The notes beneath the pieces are model-generated. The model ran no database searches. It saw only the letters and a list, made by a program, of their open reading frames with translations, and was not told the DNA's origin. A program made the translations under genes and the position numbers. DNA of 63,478 nucleotides, the filler included, from Fonticula-like sp. SCN 57-25 (Eukaryota), in NCBI GenBank assembly GCA_001724245.1. It is 3 parts of 3 records of this genome, joined end to end, with 100 filler letters (N's around TTAATTAATTAA, not from the genome) between each part and the next. Parts side by side here need not be neighbours in the genome. Positions count along the whole stretch, not along the records: positions 1 to 21,228 come from MEDX01000084.1; positions 21,329 to 44,958 come from MEDX01000085.1; 1 more part is not named here. One strand, written 5' to 3'. Position 1 is the first letter of the stretch, and each line of letters begins with the position of its first letter. Below are positions 16,363 through 29,800 of the stretch, one piece after another.

Positions 16363-16784
16363 GCCCACGCGGGTTGATCTCGCGGTTTTCCTCGCACGTT
16401 TTTTCCGTTAGTCGGTCGGCTCTCTTAGGCCGGCCCCGTTGCTGAGTTGCCTTTTGGATTTGAGTGTACTAGTATATATTGTCGTTTGTATATTTTCTTT
16501 GCCTTTTTGCTATCGTTTTTCTGCTCAATTTTCTCTCACGCATTGTTTGCAGCACCTGCAAATTGCTATATGGTATATATCTTCTGCAGAAGTTTTTCTC
16601 GTAACAATGCCCAATACAGTATTATGCCAGTGCTTATCCCTGTCCCGCGCGCCTCACAGACCGGCACCCCAGTGCTTTTTCCTTCTGCCGTCCATATGAA
16701 AAGTGCATAAAAACGTGCATGAACCACATGGAATGCTTGATCTCGTGGCACGATTGGTCGACCACTATATCGATTGACCTCTGA

Positions 16785-16837
16785 TTGGTCCGTCGGAGGT
16801 TAAGCCCGGATTGATTGGACGGCTCCTGTGACGTCAC
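16785..16837. promoter_or_regulatory. CCAAT boxes plus CRE palindrome upstream of the MAPK gene
   Basis: ATTGG twice and GTGACGTCAC at 16828-16837; TGACGTCA recurs upstream of other genes (24959, 35968, 58471). Confidence 0.45.
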
Positions 16838-17070
16838 CACGGTCGTCTTTTTCATTGTTTGTGTGCGAGAGCCCTTCGAGGTCAATTGGCAAGCGGTGCG
16901 GAAAGGGGCAGCGGGCGGTTGACCAGAGAGCTGACGGTCGCTTTAGAGTTCTTGACGGAGCCGCTGCTTGACATTGGACGTGTTTGAAGCATCACACGCC
17001 GTCCGCTTTCCTTTTGTTCACGTTTCGATTGCCGTTTGTTTTTCTTGGTTGCTCAATCGCGTCATCCGCC

Positions 17071-18566
<1,496 letters not shown>

Positions 18567-18806
18567 GAGATCGGGGAGGAATGTGCAAATTTGTCTTGTT
18601 TTTGTCTTGGAACGCAGTAAATATAACGCATGCAGTTTATATTAAAAGTGAGTATGTGAAACGAAAAATACTGAGACAGTATTGCGAAATGCAGCCAAAG
18701 TGAACCATTGGCTGGTTCGCTTGCAGTTCGATCCCGAGTTCGCTGTGAGTTCGCTTGGAATATTGCGCAGTCATCAAAACAACCGGCGCGTCACAGCGCA
18801 TCAGCC

Positions 18807-20537
18807 ATGGCCGACGGCGTGCTGCGGGATCTGGACGAGTTGCTTCATGACGGAATAGACGAAGCAACTGCGCTGAGCACGGCTGATATGCTCTGCGACG
18901 CGATTGAGCAGCTTGACTTGCCGCTGACGACGCGACTCGTGCGAGCCTAATGATCTACCTTTGTTCGCTGACTGTCCGCGCAGGCGCTTGTGGGCGAGAC
19001 CCTCGCTCGTCTGTCGAGGGATCCCGACGCCAGCGGCGAAGACACCTTTGACGAGATACGCGAACAATTCGAGCCGGCGCTCGAGTCCCTTGTTCGAGGC
19101 GACGGCGGCGCTGCCCTCTCTGCCTCACGACGGCGGCATCTCCTCGAGTTTGGTGCGGCAGGGGCAAGCGTCGTTCAGTACGCATACGAAGAGGGCTGCC
19201 GCATGCTTGTGCGCAGCAGCGTCGCAGCGTGCCGTCCCGAACTTGTCTCCCTGAGCACCCCCAACGTGCCCGACGGGATATCGTCGGTGGTCGTCGAGGC
19301 GCCCGCGCGCATGGACCTCGCTGGCGGGTGGTCTGACACGCCGCCGATCTCGTGCGCCGCACCGTTTTGCTTTGCGCCTTCTGACCGTTGTTGATGCAGA
19401 TACGAGGCCGGCGGTGCCGTTCTGAATGTTGGCTTGACGGTCGACGGTTTGCTTCCGTTTGGCGCATGCGCCCGCGTGATGCCGGGCCGCTACGTTGTGC
19501 GCATTGAGCAGCACGACCTGTCGCGTCCCGTGCGCAAGGTGATGCTGCTGACGCTGGACGATCTTGAGAGCGTACAAGACTACCGCGACCCGTCCTCCTT
19601 TGGCTCGCTATGCCTGTCGGTGCTCGTGAGCCTCGGCTTCATCGACCCTTCCATGTCTGCCGCACCGCTCGCCGACCAGCTGCTCGGCTTGGCGGGCGGC
19701 GGCCTGCACCTCTCGACATGGTCGCGCCTGCCGCCCGGGTCGGGCCTCGGCGGCAGCAGCATCCTTGCGTCGGCGCTCGTTGCAGCGGTGTGCGAGGCGA
19801 CGGGGCGGCGCGTGGAGGGCGGCGAGTCGGGTCTCGTCGCCGCCGTGCTCCACGTCGAGCAGCTCATGACGACCGGCGGTGGCTGGCAGGACCAGGTCGG
19901 CTGCATCTACCCGGGCATCAAGATGGCCACGTCGCCGCCGAGCCTACCGCTGCGCGTCGACGTGCGGCCGCTTGACGCCCTGCCGAGCGGGTTTATCGAC
20001 CGCCTCGAACGCCAAATGGTCCTCGTCTACACGGGCACGACGCGGCTCGCCCGAAACCTGCTCCGCAGTGTGCTCCAAAAGTGGTTCCTGCAGACGGCCG
20101 ACATGATCGAGCTCGTCGAGGCGCTCAAGCAAGGCGCGGCAGATGCAGAGCGCGCATGCACAGCAGGGGATGTGCGCGCGCTCGGCATGGCGCTCGACGC
20201 CTACTGGGCGCACAAGAAGATGCTCGGTGGGCCATCCACTGAGCCTTACCACGTGACGAGGCTCATGGGCGCGTTTCGACCGCACGTCTGGGGTGCGTCA
20301 ACCAATTTGGTATTGACTTGCTGACGCGCATGTGCAGGCCAGGCGATGGGGGGAGCCGGTGGCGGTGGGTTCATGATGGCCATTACGAGGGAGCCCGATA
20401 TGAGGCAGATATTGGAGGGCGCGGCGGAGCAGACGCTGAGCGCCGACGAGTTTGCCGCCGTTCGGTTCTGCGAGGCGCGCATTGCAAATGTCGGTCTCTG
20501 CATGCGGCGCGTCCCGGGCATATTCGCCGTTGTTTAA
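18807..20537 (+). CDS. FCSK: L-fucose kinase (GHMP kinase part only)
   Basis: PARMDLAGGWSDTPP, LPPGSGLGGSSILA, EQLMTTGGGWQDQVG, YTGTTRLARNLL, GGAGGGGF; three introns. Confidence 0.85.
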
Positions 20538-20653
20538 TGTCGTAATTTCTGTACAATAATGTCTTTTCTCTGTATCGTGTTTGATGTATATGTTTTGATT
20601 ATGCCATTTTGTGTTCATCTAGGTGTGTATTGTATTGAATGTAGATAGGTAGT

Positions 20654-21228
20654 TTACATGTTGTTAAAGACGATCATTTTGGGCTCTGTCATCTCGTGCA
20701 TCGAGTACGGAATGCCGCCCATCCCGAGCCCGCTCTGCCCGCGCCCGCCGAAAGGCATCCAGTCGACGCGGAAGGCCGTGTGGTCGTTGACCATGACGGC
20801 CGTCGCGTTGAGGCGCTTGGCGGCCTCCCACACGGACGGCATGTGGTTCGAAAAGACAGACGCCTGGAAGCCCCACGGCACCGCGTTCGCCCGCTGGATC
20901 GCCTCCTGCAGCGTGTCGTAGCCGTACACGGCGACGACCGGACCAAAGATTTCGCTCTGCGACAGGCGGCAGTTGGTCGGCGGGTTCACGACTACGGTCG
21001 GGGGGTACAGCGACGGGGACGATAGGCGCTTGCCGCCACAGGCAAGCCGGCCGCCCTTTTGCACGGCTTCGGTCACCCACTCGTGCACGCGGTCGACCTC
21101 GCGGTGCGCAATCAGAGGGCCAATCTGCGCGAGGAAAGCGGCTCAGCACGGCAGAAAGTATAAAATGGGTATCGTACCTTGGTCTTGATGTCGAGCGGGT
21201 CGCCGACGGGCATAAACTCGGCGGCCGA
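20654..21228 (-). CDS. Aldehyde dehydrogenase, 3' part only (cut by gap), bacterial RL0313/SafD-like subfamily
   Basis: IGPLIAHREVDRVHEWV, EIFGPVVAV, VNDHTAFRVDWMPFGGRGQSGLGMGGIPYSMHEMT; one intron near 21126-21177. Confidence 0.85.
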
Positions 21229-21328
21229 NNNNNNNNNNNNNNNNNNNNNNNNNNNNNNNNNNNNNNNNNNNNTTAATTAATTAANNNNNNNNNNNNNNNN
21301 NNNNNNNNNNNNNNNNNNNNNNNNNNNN
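21229..21328. other. Artificial contig linker
   Basis: 44 N + TTAATTAATTAA (stops in all six frames) + 44 N. Confidence 0.97.
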
Positions 21329-21642
21329 CGCAGAGAGACGATTCGGGGCCCACACAGAAGAAGTGTAGGACCGACGGCATCCGTTCACGGCAGGCGGCCG
21401 CAACCAGATCTCTTGCAAAAAAATAACGTCAGAGTGAGGGGCCCGCTGCCTTAACCAAACATTAAAACCACAACGAGACTTAACATACATTAAACGAATG
21501 AATGAAATAGAGGCCCCACTGGCACGCAGGCTATCTGCCAGGTGGCACCTGGGTGCAATTGGGCAGTGTCCACTTGTTCGTCGTCCACGTGGGCAGGCCG
21601 TCCCGTTTCCGTTTTGCGTTTTTCAAACTGGTCCGGCGACGC

Positions 21643-23384
21643 ATGGACATGGGCGAGTTGACAATGGAGGAGCTGATGCGACAGCTTCGCATTGCCGAAG
21701 AGGAGAAGACGGCCGCCCAAGAAGAGAAGAAGGCTGCAGAGGAGCGCGAGAAGGCCGCCCAAGAAGAGAAGAAGGCTGCAGAGGAGCGCGAGAAGGCCGC
21801 CCAAGAAGAGAAGAAGGCCGCCCAGGAAGAGAAGAAGGCCGCCCAGGAAGAGAAGAAGGCCGAACAAGAAGCACGATTGGCTGCCGAGGCAAAGCTCGCC
21901 GACATAGGTACGTGTTGTTCCGACCTCCTCCTACCTTGCTTATGCGGGCATGGCCAGATGCCTCGGTCCTAGATGGACTGCCAGAACTTGGGGAGAAAAC
22001 CTATTCGACCGCCAGCGCTTCGGTCAATAAGGCTCATGCAAGCGCCAAAATCAAGCTAAGCACCTTCAACCTTTTGACCGTCGACCAGTACGTTGTTCAA
22101 CGCACCGGGCGTTCAGCCATCTGGGGCAACAAAAGAGATACTCGTCTCGTCTATTCGACCGAGGAGGACATCAGTCGCTTTGTGCAGGAAGTTCTACGGG
22201 ATGCGGTCAGTGCACTTCCCGCGCTGCAATCCGTAGAAGTGAGGATCGTGCCCGAGCTTAGTGCATTTGGCGAAAAAGCGGATCTGTGGGTGCTGGCTCG
22301 GCTCGGTGTACCCGTCGGTGTTGTTGAAGTCAAGAAGCCGCACGAGGCCATTCTGCAAAACGAGTCTGTGGCCGGACAGTTGCTGGACTACATGAAGCGC
22401 CTGCGGTCATTTTTTGGGCTCAGCGACATCTTTGGTATTGCGACGACCTACGAGGAGTGGCGTATTTTCTGGCTGAAGGACTGCGATGCTGCGGCCGCAA
22501 GCTGCTCAATGACAGGGGCGACAACGTCTGAGGCTGTACCGCTACAGGGCGTACCCGACATCCCGTCGTGGGGGGGGCGCGATGAAACTCCTGCTATGGA
22601 CATCGCTACGTCGTCGCCGCCGACCCCTGTCAAGGACCGCTTGGTGCACGCGGGAAACGTGCTTCGCTACAACGACCCCCAGCTTGTGCCCACCCTCCTG
22701 TCGGTGCTCATGAAGATGGTGTCATCACCGGTTAAACGAGCGCGCAATTTGGTGGATCCCGATCGCGAGTACATCGTGGTGAACAGCTCGAGCTGGTTTT
22801 GGACTCGACTTTTCGGCGATTTCAAGATCAATACGCGCTCGGCGATGCCGCGCACCGACGCCACATCGTTCATCTTGCTGGCCCATCTCGGCGACGGTGG
22901 CTTTGGTCGTGTGTGGTTGGCGGCTACGCACGGCGGCTCGTTATGCGTGATAAAGTTTGGCAAGGACGGGACCGCGTGGAACCCAGATCACGAGGCTCTC
23001 GTATGGAAGTCTGCGTGGAAACTGAATGCTCGCGTGCTGCAGCTCGCGGGACGCCGCGCTTTGCTCCTGCCATACCTTTTGACATGCCAACGAGCGGGGC
23101 CGACCGGCCCAGACGCGGTGGCGGTGCGACTCGCCACGGTGCGCGCCATCGAACGCATGGCTGCCGCTGGCTGGGAGCACACTGATCTAGCACGTCCGGA
23201 CAATGATCAGCCCAAGTGGGCACATGTCGGGTTATATAGGCAGGGCGGTGAGCTTAAAGCATTGCTCATCGACCTTGGCATCGTGCGTAAGGTGCTGAAG
23301 AGTGATGTAGAACGCGCTGGCGCAGTGGCGCGAATGCGAGCGGCACTTGGACTGGATGACCCCTCATATGATGGTACCTCTTAA
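21643..23384 (+). CDS. Crinkler/RHS(CR)-type protein: coiled-coil repeats, PD-(D/E)xK REase domain, divergent kinase domain
   Basis: Exon 1 (AAQEEKK repeats) joins in frame via intron 21908-21957; REase-like E..ADLWVL..VGVVEVKKP..GQLLDYM..FGIATTYEEWRIFW; kinase-like LGDGGFGRVW, CVIKF, HTDL..WAHVG, LIDLG. Confidence 0.7.
21700..21870 (+). repeat. 21-nt-unit coding tandem repeat (heptads AAQEEKK / AAEEREK)
   Basis: Repeated gaaggccgccca(a/g)gaagagaa and gaaggctgcagaggagcgcga units. Confidence 0.9.
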
Positions 23385-24013
23385 GCGGCACCCCCGTAGA
23401 TCCGGCAAAGAAGCAGGCGATCTGCACCAATTTGACATCATGGCTGCTCTGTGCAGGATCTTGCCCTGAAATCAAGCACTTTTGTTTATTTTGGTTGTAC
23501 TATACTATACTGTAGTTGTTCATTTAAGAGTCGAGACCACTGATTGCTATCAATAATAAGATTATTTTCGTTTAAAATATCACTTGGATTACAGTATGAG
23601 TAGTATAGTATGGGAGTTCAGCCCCTCGGTTCAGCCCCTGGGTACCCGCGTGCCCCTACCCGAAAGCGAAGCAAATACCGTATGAAATTCATGCCCGCCA
23701 AAAGTACACCCTACCCCAGTTCGGTGGGTATCACCGAATGAAAATAGCCAATTTTCCCATCCCTGCGCAACCCTCTTTTTTGATCACCCTTCAAGGTACC
23801 CCATCAGCCAAAAAGTCCAAAAACGCCGAGGCGCGTGTGTCATGTTCGGTCGCAATGACCGATCGAAATTCGTGTTATATGGGGTGTTGCCAAAAAATGA
23901 TGAAATAAAAAATGGTAAAGTTATTTCAGGTTGCCCCTCAAGTTGGCACAGTCGCAGCATCATGATCAAGTGCACTCCAAACTCAGACCCCCTGATTCAG
24001 CCCCTGTCCCCGA

Positions 24014-24049
24014 CCCTGACCCTGACCCTGACCCTGACCCTGACCCTGA
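24014..24049 (+). repeat. (CCCTGA)6 telomere-variant-like hexamer repeat
   Basis: Six perfect copies preceded by degenerate ccctgt/ccccga; reverse complement is TCAGGG. Confidence 0.85.
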
Positions 24050-24062
24050 TTCTGGCCTTGAC

Positions 24063-24624
24063 ACTTTAGGGCCAAACAATCCTGCTCAAAAATACGATCT
24101 TGTTATCCATTACGATTTTCAGGTGAGATTTGGAGGCAATTGTGGATCCCGTCGTAACCCAGATTCAAAACCCAGATGTCGTATAAACCAAGTCTAGCAT
24201 CCATAAATATGTCACATGGGACCACGCATGTTGCAGTAAATACCAAACAGCATAGTATGGTCATAAGGCAAGAGTGGTTATTTTAGAGCAAGAGTTTTGG
24301 GTCTGCAAAGTAGGGCGATCACCATCTGGCATCCGACGCAACGCGGATGATTTCCGTCGGTCGCGGATGATTCCGCATTGTCGGCGGAATATATGAAATT
24401 GAGTGATACCGAACGACTCCTAAGCCTCTGCTGCGCTTGCCTACAAATGGCCCACCCGAATTAACGCATTTTGAGCGCAGGCGAGGTCTTTGAACTTGGG
24501 TACCCCAAAACGCGAGTGCAGAGTGTACTATACAATCCAATCACTTAGATCCAAGCGTCCGAACATAGGTGATCTGCCCGTAGTGTCGACTTTAGGGCAA
24601 AACAATCCTAGTCAAAAATACGAT
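24063..24624 (+). repeat. Pair of 36-bp imperfect direct repeats (24063-24098 and 24589-24624)
   Basis: actttagggccaaacaatcctgctcaaaaatacgat vs actttagggcaaaacaatcctagtcaaaaatacgat, 3 mismatches. Confidence 0.85.
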
Positions 24625-25015
24625 TGTACTATCTACCGCAATTTTTGACGGCGGTTCGTATCTTGGTTATGGGATGGACACATTTTCGAATCTCCGAAGA
24701 AATGATTTCTTTCAATCAAATCGCAATTTTGAGCGGGATTTTAATCTCATTTTAGACAACGAAAGGGAGAAAAATGATTTTATTCTCTTTCAAAATTCAA
24801 TGTTGTAATGAAACGACAATTTCAGCCCCACTTTCGTCGTGATTCGTCGCCTCAAGTCAAATTTGAACGCTCCGCATTTTGCCCTAAGACGGAAACGATG
24901 ACAGATCATTACGGTAAAGATCTCGCAAACTGCAAACTCGCCTTCTACGTCACCATCGTGACGTCACATATCCGCCACGCGCCACGGATTGATTCTTTCT
25001 TGATCGCTGCATCAA

Positions 25016-26502
25016 ATGTCCTTCCGTGGAGGAGGCGGTCGCGGTGGTTTCGGCGGAGGCCGTGGAGGCGGCTTTAGCGGCGGGCGCGGCGGCGCTGGTG
25101 GCCGTGGTGGCTTTGGCGGCGGTCGCGGTGGCGGTCGCGGCGGAGGCCGCGGTGGATTCGGCGGTGGCAACCGCTACGAGGAAGGCCCACCTGCCGAGGT
25201 CATTGGTACGCCGCCTCTATCCTTTTCACGCCGATCCCGTTGGCACTTGCCGCTCTATCGTTCATTTGGCCCTTTATTGTTTGTCTATTGTGTTTGCTGC
25301 TGCATCTCTGCCGCATCCCTGCTGCATCTCTCGTGATTCCTCTTGATCCCCTCTTTCTGTTTCCTCCCTTTCTCATGCGCCTTGTCTGCCAACAGAGCTC
25401 GGCAAGCTTGAGCATCCCTGCGAGGGCGAGCTTGTGTGCAAGTCGACGAATGAAAAGATCCCGTACTTTAATGCGCCCGTGTACCTCAACGACAAGAATC
25501 AGATCGGCAAGGTCGAGGAGATCTTTGGCGCCACCAACGATGTGGTACGTTTCGGCGCTAATCATCCCCGCCATCTGCTTACGCCTCTTTCTCCGCAGCA
25601 CTTTACCGTGAAGCTCCAGGAGGGCTTTGTGGCGACGTCGTTCAAGAAGGGCGACTCGTTTTATGTCAGCACAGAAAAGCTCCTCCCATTGGCGCGCTTC
25701 CTCCCGCAGCCCAAGTCCGCCAAGGGTCCGTCTCACACCCTTTTTGTCCCCTTTTCTGACCACATGTCCTCTTGTTTTTCCTCTTCTAATGCTATTGCTA
25801 TTATCCTTGTGAATATCGCATGCGATTTTGTGCTCTTTTCCTCTCTTTTCTTGCTTGCTTTTCCGTCACAGTTGGCAAGCCTGCTGGTCGCGGCGGTGCG
25901 CGCGGCGGTTTCGGCGGCGGTCGCGGCGGCCGTGGCGGCTTTGGCGGCGGCCGTGGCGGCTTCAGCGGCGGTCGTGGCGGCTTTGGCGGCGACCGCGGCG
26001 GCTTCCGTGGCGGACGCGGCGGCGGTGCGCCCCGTGGCGGCAGCGGGTTCGGTCGCGGTGGTGGCGGCGGCGGGTTCGGGCGAGGCGGTAGCCGCGGTGC
26101 GTATTTTGGGAATATTGAGAGGGAAAGGAAAGGGAAAAATGGGTCAGTATGTGTCGTATGACTGTCATTCATGATCGTCTTTGATGTTGAAGATGAGTGG
26201 TATGAGTGTCATTGATGAGTGTCATTGATGATGATGAGTGTTATTGATGAGTATCATTGATGATAATGAGTGTTATTGATGATCACGAGTGTTATTGATG
26301 ATCATGAGTGTCATTGAGTGTCATTGATGATGATGAGTGTCCTTGATGGTTGTTATTGATGATGCTTTTGATACTTTTTTGATCATGTACTGCTGGTCAT
26401 GGTCAATGCTGATCATCAATACTATATGTGTTTGTATTCTTTCTTACACTATCCTTTACCTTTGCTGACTGTTCATTTCTAGGCGGACGCGGTGGCTACT
26501 AA
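25016..26502 (+). CDS. GAR1: H/ACA snoRNP subunit GAR1
   Basis: RGG termini, [59 protein letters not shown]; last mini-exon ends RGGY-stop. Confidence 0.95.
26190..26365 (+). repeat. Intronic minisatellite (gatgagtgt(c/t)att variants)
   Basis: Multiple degenerate tandem units in the last GAR1 intron (26097-26482). Confidence 0.8.
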
Positions 26503-26687
26503 GTACATAAATCGCTCCCCGGTTATCTTTTGCGTTTGTAGGTTCCTTTCTTTCTTTCCTTTGCCCTTGTAGTAATACAGACTACACCCTACCCTTTTTG
26601 CCTGCCACAACCCTGTGCACATATCGATTGCATTACTGTACATTGAAACATGTTATCTATGCGGCCCTCTGATTGGCCACTTTTTCC

Positions 26688-28227
26688 TCATACGCCCTGG
26701 ATGGCCGTGACGGCCCAGTTGGTGCTGATCATGTGCCGCGGGTCGATCGGGTTGATGTCAAAGCGCAGCGATCTGAACCGGTTCGTCTCGGGGTGCAGCA
26801 GCCATGCAAACCTGTTTTGTTGTTTGCACAGCGCCTCGGTGTCGCGCGCGCAGTCGGCCGCATCGTGCGATGTCAAGATCACAGGCCGTTTCGTCTCAAA
26901 AAGGAACCTGCGAGAGACGATTTCAGTCAATCACGTGAAAACACTATCACGTGATATGCGTACTCGAGGGTCGGTTTCCACCCGTCCACGTGGGCGCCGC
27001 TGCCCAAACCCGCATTGAATGCGACATACAGATCGGGCATCTTGTCGTGCAGGATCAGATCGTCGTGCACCTTGTGGTACATGCCGGCGTACCCGCGGAC
27101 CGCCATGGTCGACGACAGGTTGTGCGTCTGGCGGTCCAGGCCGGCGGGGACCTCGGGGCCGACGAAAAGAAGGTCGAAGCGCGTGCCGGGGAGGAGGTGG
27201 GAGAGCTCAAGGTGGAAGGGGGGGGGGAGGGTCGCCTCGGCGCGGGGGCCGAGAATGCAGATGCAGAGCGGCATTCCGCGCGCAATTCGTCGCCGAAGGT
27301 CTATTTAAAAAGGGTGAGCGGCCAATCAAAAGTGGGAATAGACGAAGCAATATAATAGTCACTTGATAGTCACTTGCGCGTATACATGTGAACATATCAT
27401 AGAGATAGATACAGAGAAAAGCAGGTGATAAAGACCATGCAAATCGAGCATTCTGTACACATGCAAACCAAGGCACTTTGCATACATGCAAACTGCATTC
27501 ACTTTGCATGCACAAAGAAATACGCAAACTGATAATCACTTCCAAACTCTATCTGTTTCGCACCCGTGAATGTATCGACGCCAGTGTCGGTAAAGTTGAG
27601 GTTTGTCCGCTGCATCAGGAACTGCGCGATCGTGAGCGAGAAAGAGAGCGCCTTGCTCAGGTGCCGCTGCGTGCGCGGGTTCTCTGCGTCTGCATTCTTC
27701 GTGAGCCGCAGGTCGGGGTGGCGCGAGCAATGAATGGGTTCGCACCTGTGAATCCCCGCGACACGAGGTACGATGCCCAGTCGTCCATCTTGATGCTGCC
27801 CAAGTTGGTCGCCGGCCCTGCGCGCAAAAGCGTCAGTAAAGGCGCGCAGAGCGCCGAGAAAGACATCTCATTGGCCAGTCGGTCCAAATGCGCGCTTCTC
27901 ATTGGCCAAGAGATGATGCCGGCGCGTACCCGGGAAGCGCCTGAGCTCGTCCTTTGGCCGGTCAGAGAGGAGATCCTGCGTGTCCAGCAGCACGGTGCGG
28001 AACGCGGTGAGGAGGTCGCGGTCCTCGGCCTTTTCGACGCGGCAGAGGTCGGGGCGGAGGCACTCGTACGACTGGCGATCCAGGCAGAAAGTGCACCCGC
28101 CGAGGGATGCGTACGCGGCGCGCTCGCGCTCAAGCTGCTGCATCGCAGGGTGAGCGGCGGACGACAGGCGGGCCGCATGAAGCGGGAGGGCCGAGAAAAG
28201 GCGGGGGAGGCGGCGCAGGGACTGCAT
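26688..28227 (-). CDS. MSS51: Mss51-like mitochondrial protein (COX1 translation/assembly factor family)
   Basis: Arg/Ser/Leu-rich presequence MQSLRRLPRLFSA; QDLLSDRPKDELRRFPG, DDWASYLVSRGF, RHLSKALSFSLTI, ICILGPRAEATLP, FVGPE, DLYVAFNAGLG, ETKRPVILT, NRFRSLRFDINPIDP; four introns. Confidence 0.8.
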
Positions 28228-28564
28228 CGTGTGCTAGCAGCGCATGCGACGGGCGATGTCCCCGGGCGCGCTGTGCAGCCTGCGACGTAACATGAACGCA
28301 AACTGGAATCAGTTTGCACTTTTATAGAGGACTGGTAAGAGCGATACCAAGAGGGATGGCCGCACATGCATGCATTATTGACTGCGCGCTTCCAATGCTT
28401 TTCTATTTTGCGTTTGTACAGTATTGAATATGGACCACACTGCGCTTGACGCATGCCGCTGATCTTTCCGATCTTTTGCCGCCACCTCAGCAAATCCACC
28501 CCCGACTCCACCCCAAACACGACCCACAACGATTCGAACCGTGACGCGGTGAACAGCGGCACAG

Positions 28565-29800
28565 ATGCTCCGGCATGTGCTTGTGATCTCCTCGAGCGGG
28601 CTCGTTCTGTTCCAGAAGCAGTTCCTGGAGGGCATTGCACAGCCTTCCTTGACGGGGTCCCTTTTAATCGCGCTTCAGAGCCTTTGTCGGCGCAGTGTTG
28701 GCCAGCCCGCATGCTATGTCGGCCTCTCTCATGGTGCGCCTCGGTAATGCTAGATCCCATGCCTGACGCTGCGTCGCTCTTTCTTTGCGAACCTCAGTGG
28801 GTGTAGGTCTTGCTGCGGACACGGACAAGTCTGGCGTCGTGTGCGCTGTCTTTGGCGATGCATCGTACGGCGGCGATCTGTTGATGCTGCTCGCGCGATC
28901 CGTGCTGGCCACATTCCTCCGCAAGTGCGCCGCCTGCTGCCTCTATTGATGCGCACTCACACGCGATGCCGACAGGTTCCGCGCACAGCTGTCGCAGCCG
29001 CTTGTTGACACGCGCGCTTACAACGGATTCCGGCAAGATCTGGCGGCGTGCTTTCGGAGCGCATCCCTGACGCTGATCGACGAAGGTGCGATCGGGATGC
29101 TGTGTGTGTAATTGCTCATTGCGCTCTTTTCTTAAAGTGCACGCGGCGCACCCGACGCTCGTCAACTGCGTGCTGATCCACGGGGATCGCGTGTCGCACG
29201 AGACGCGGCCGGGCAACGTTGACGTGCTCGGTGTCGTCGCCAACCTAAAGGCTGCATTCGATATTTCCGCAGACGCAAGTACGTTTATGGGAAATGAAAA
29301 CTGCAAACTGGTTTTGGTTTGCCAATGTGCAAACTCGCGTGCAATGTGGCGTGTTCCATTATATTATGTGCGATGTAGAGTGCAATTGCGTGCTTTGTGG
29401 TGTGGTCACGAGTGAACACTTACAACTTTCTTTTCCTACTGCAAACTGCAAACTCTCTCTCGCAAACTGCAAACTGACCCATTACTAGTGAGCTCGAGCA
29501 ATGACACTCCTCGCGAGATCTCGCTCCAGCTGTCGCACGACAGCGACGATCACAAGCTGCAGGGCGCGCGCGTCGGCATCTACGCGATCGCGCCTTTCTA
29601 CCTTGTACGTCCACGTGGCCACACATTGCAAACTGACGCCGGTTTGCAGGTCATTATTTCGCCCGCCTCGCTGGACCCGGCGGCGTGCCGGCAGACGGTG
29701 CTCAAGACGACGATGCGGCTGCGGCAAGGTGCGTTTTTTGGGTTTCCCGCGCGTTTTGGCTGACCACGTGGGCAGTGGCGGCGCTTTTGGCCGGATTTAG
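28565..29800 (+). CDS. Small multi-exon protein with N-terminal longin-like domain
   Basis: MLRHVLVISSSGLVLFQKQF..QPSLTGSLLIAL..YVGL beta-beta-alpha-beta pattern; about six canonical introns keep the frame. Confidence 0.5.

Noticed and set aside
21273-21284. TTAATTAATTAA palindrome inside N runs (also 45003-45014)
   Set aside because: Identical artificial six-frame-stop linker; genes on either side cannot be assumed adjacent.
21498-21907. N-terminus of the 628-aa ORF (RREEG repeats)
   Set aside because: A canonical intron at 21908-21957 links the alternative coiled-coil frame from ATG 21643 instead.
26190-26415. Possible intronic C/D snoRNA in GAR1 (TGATGA...CTGA)
   Set aside because: The TGATGA copies come from a minisatellite; no terminal stem or guide sequence recognised.
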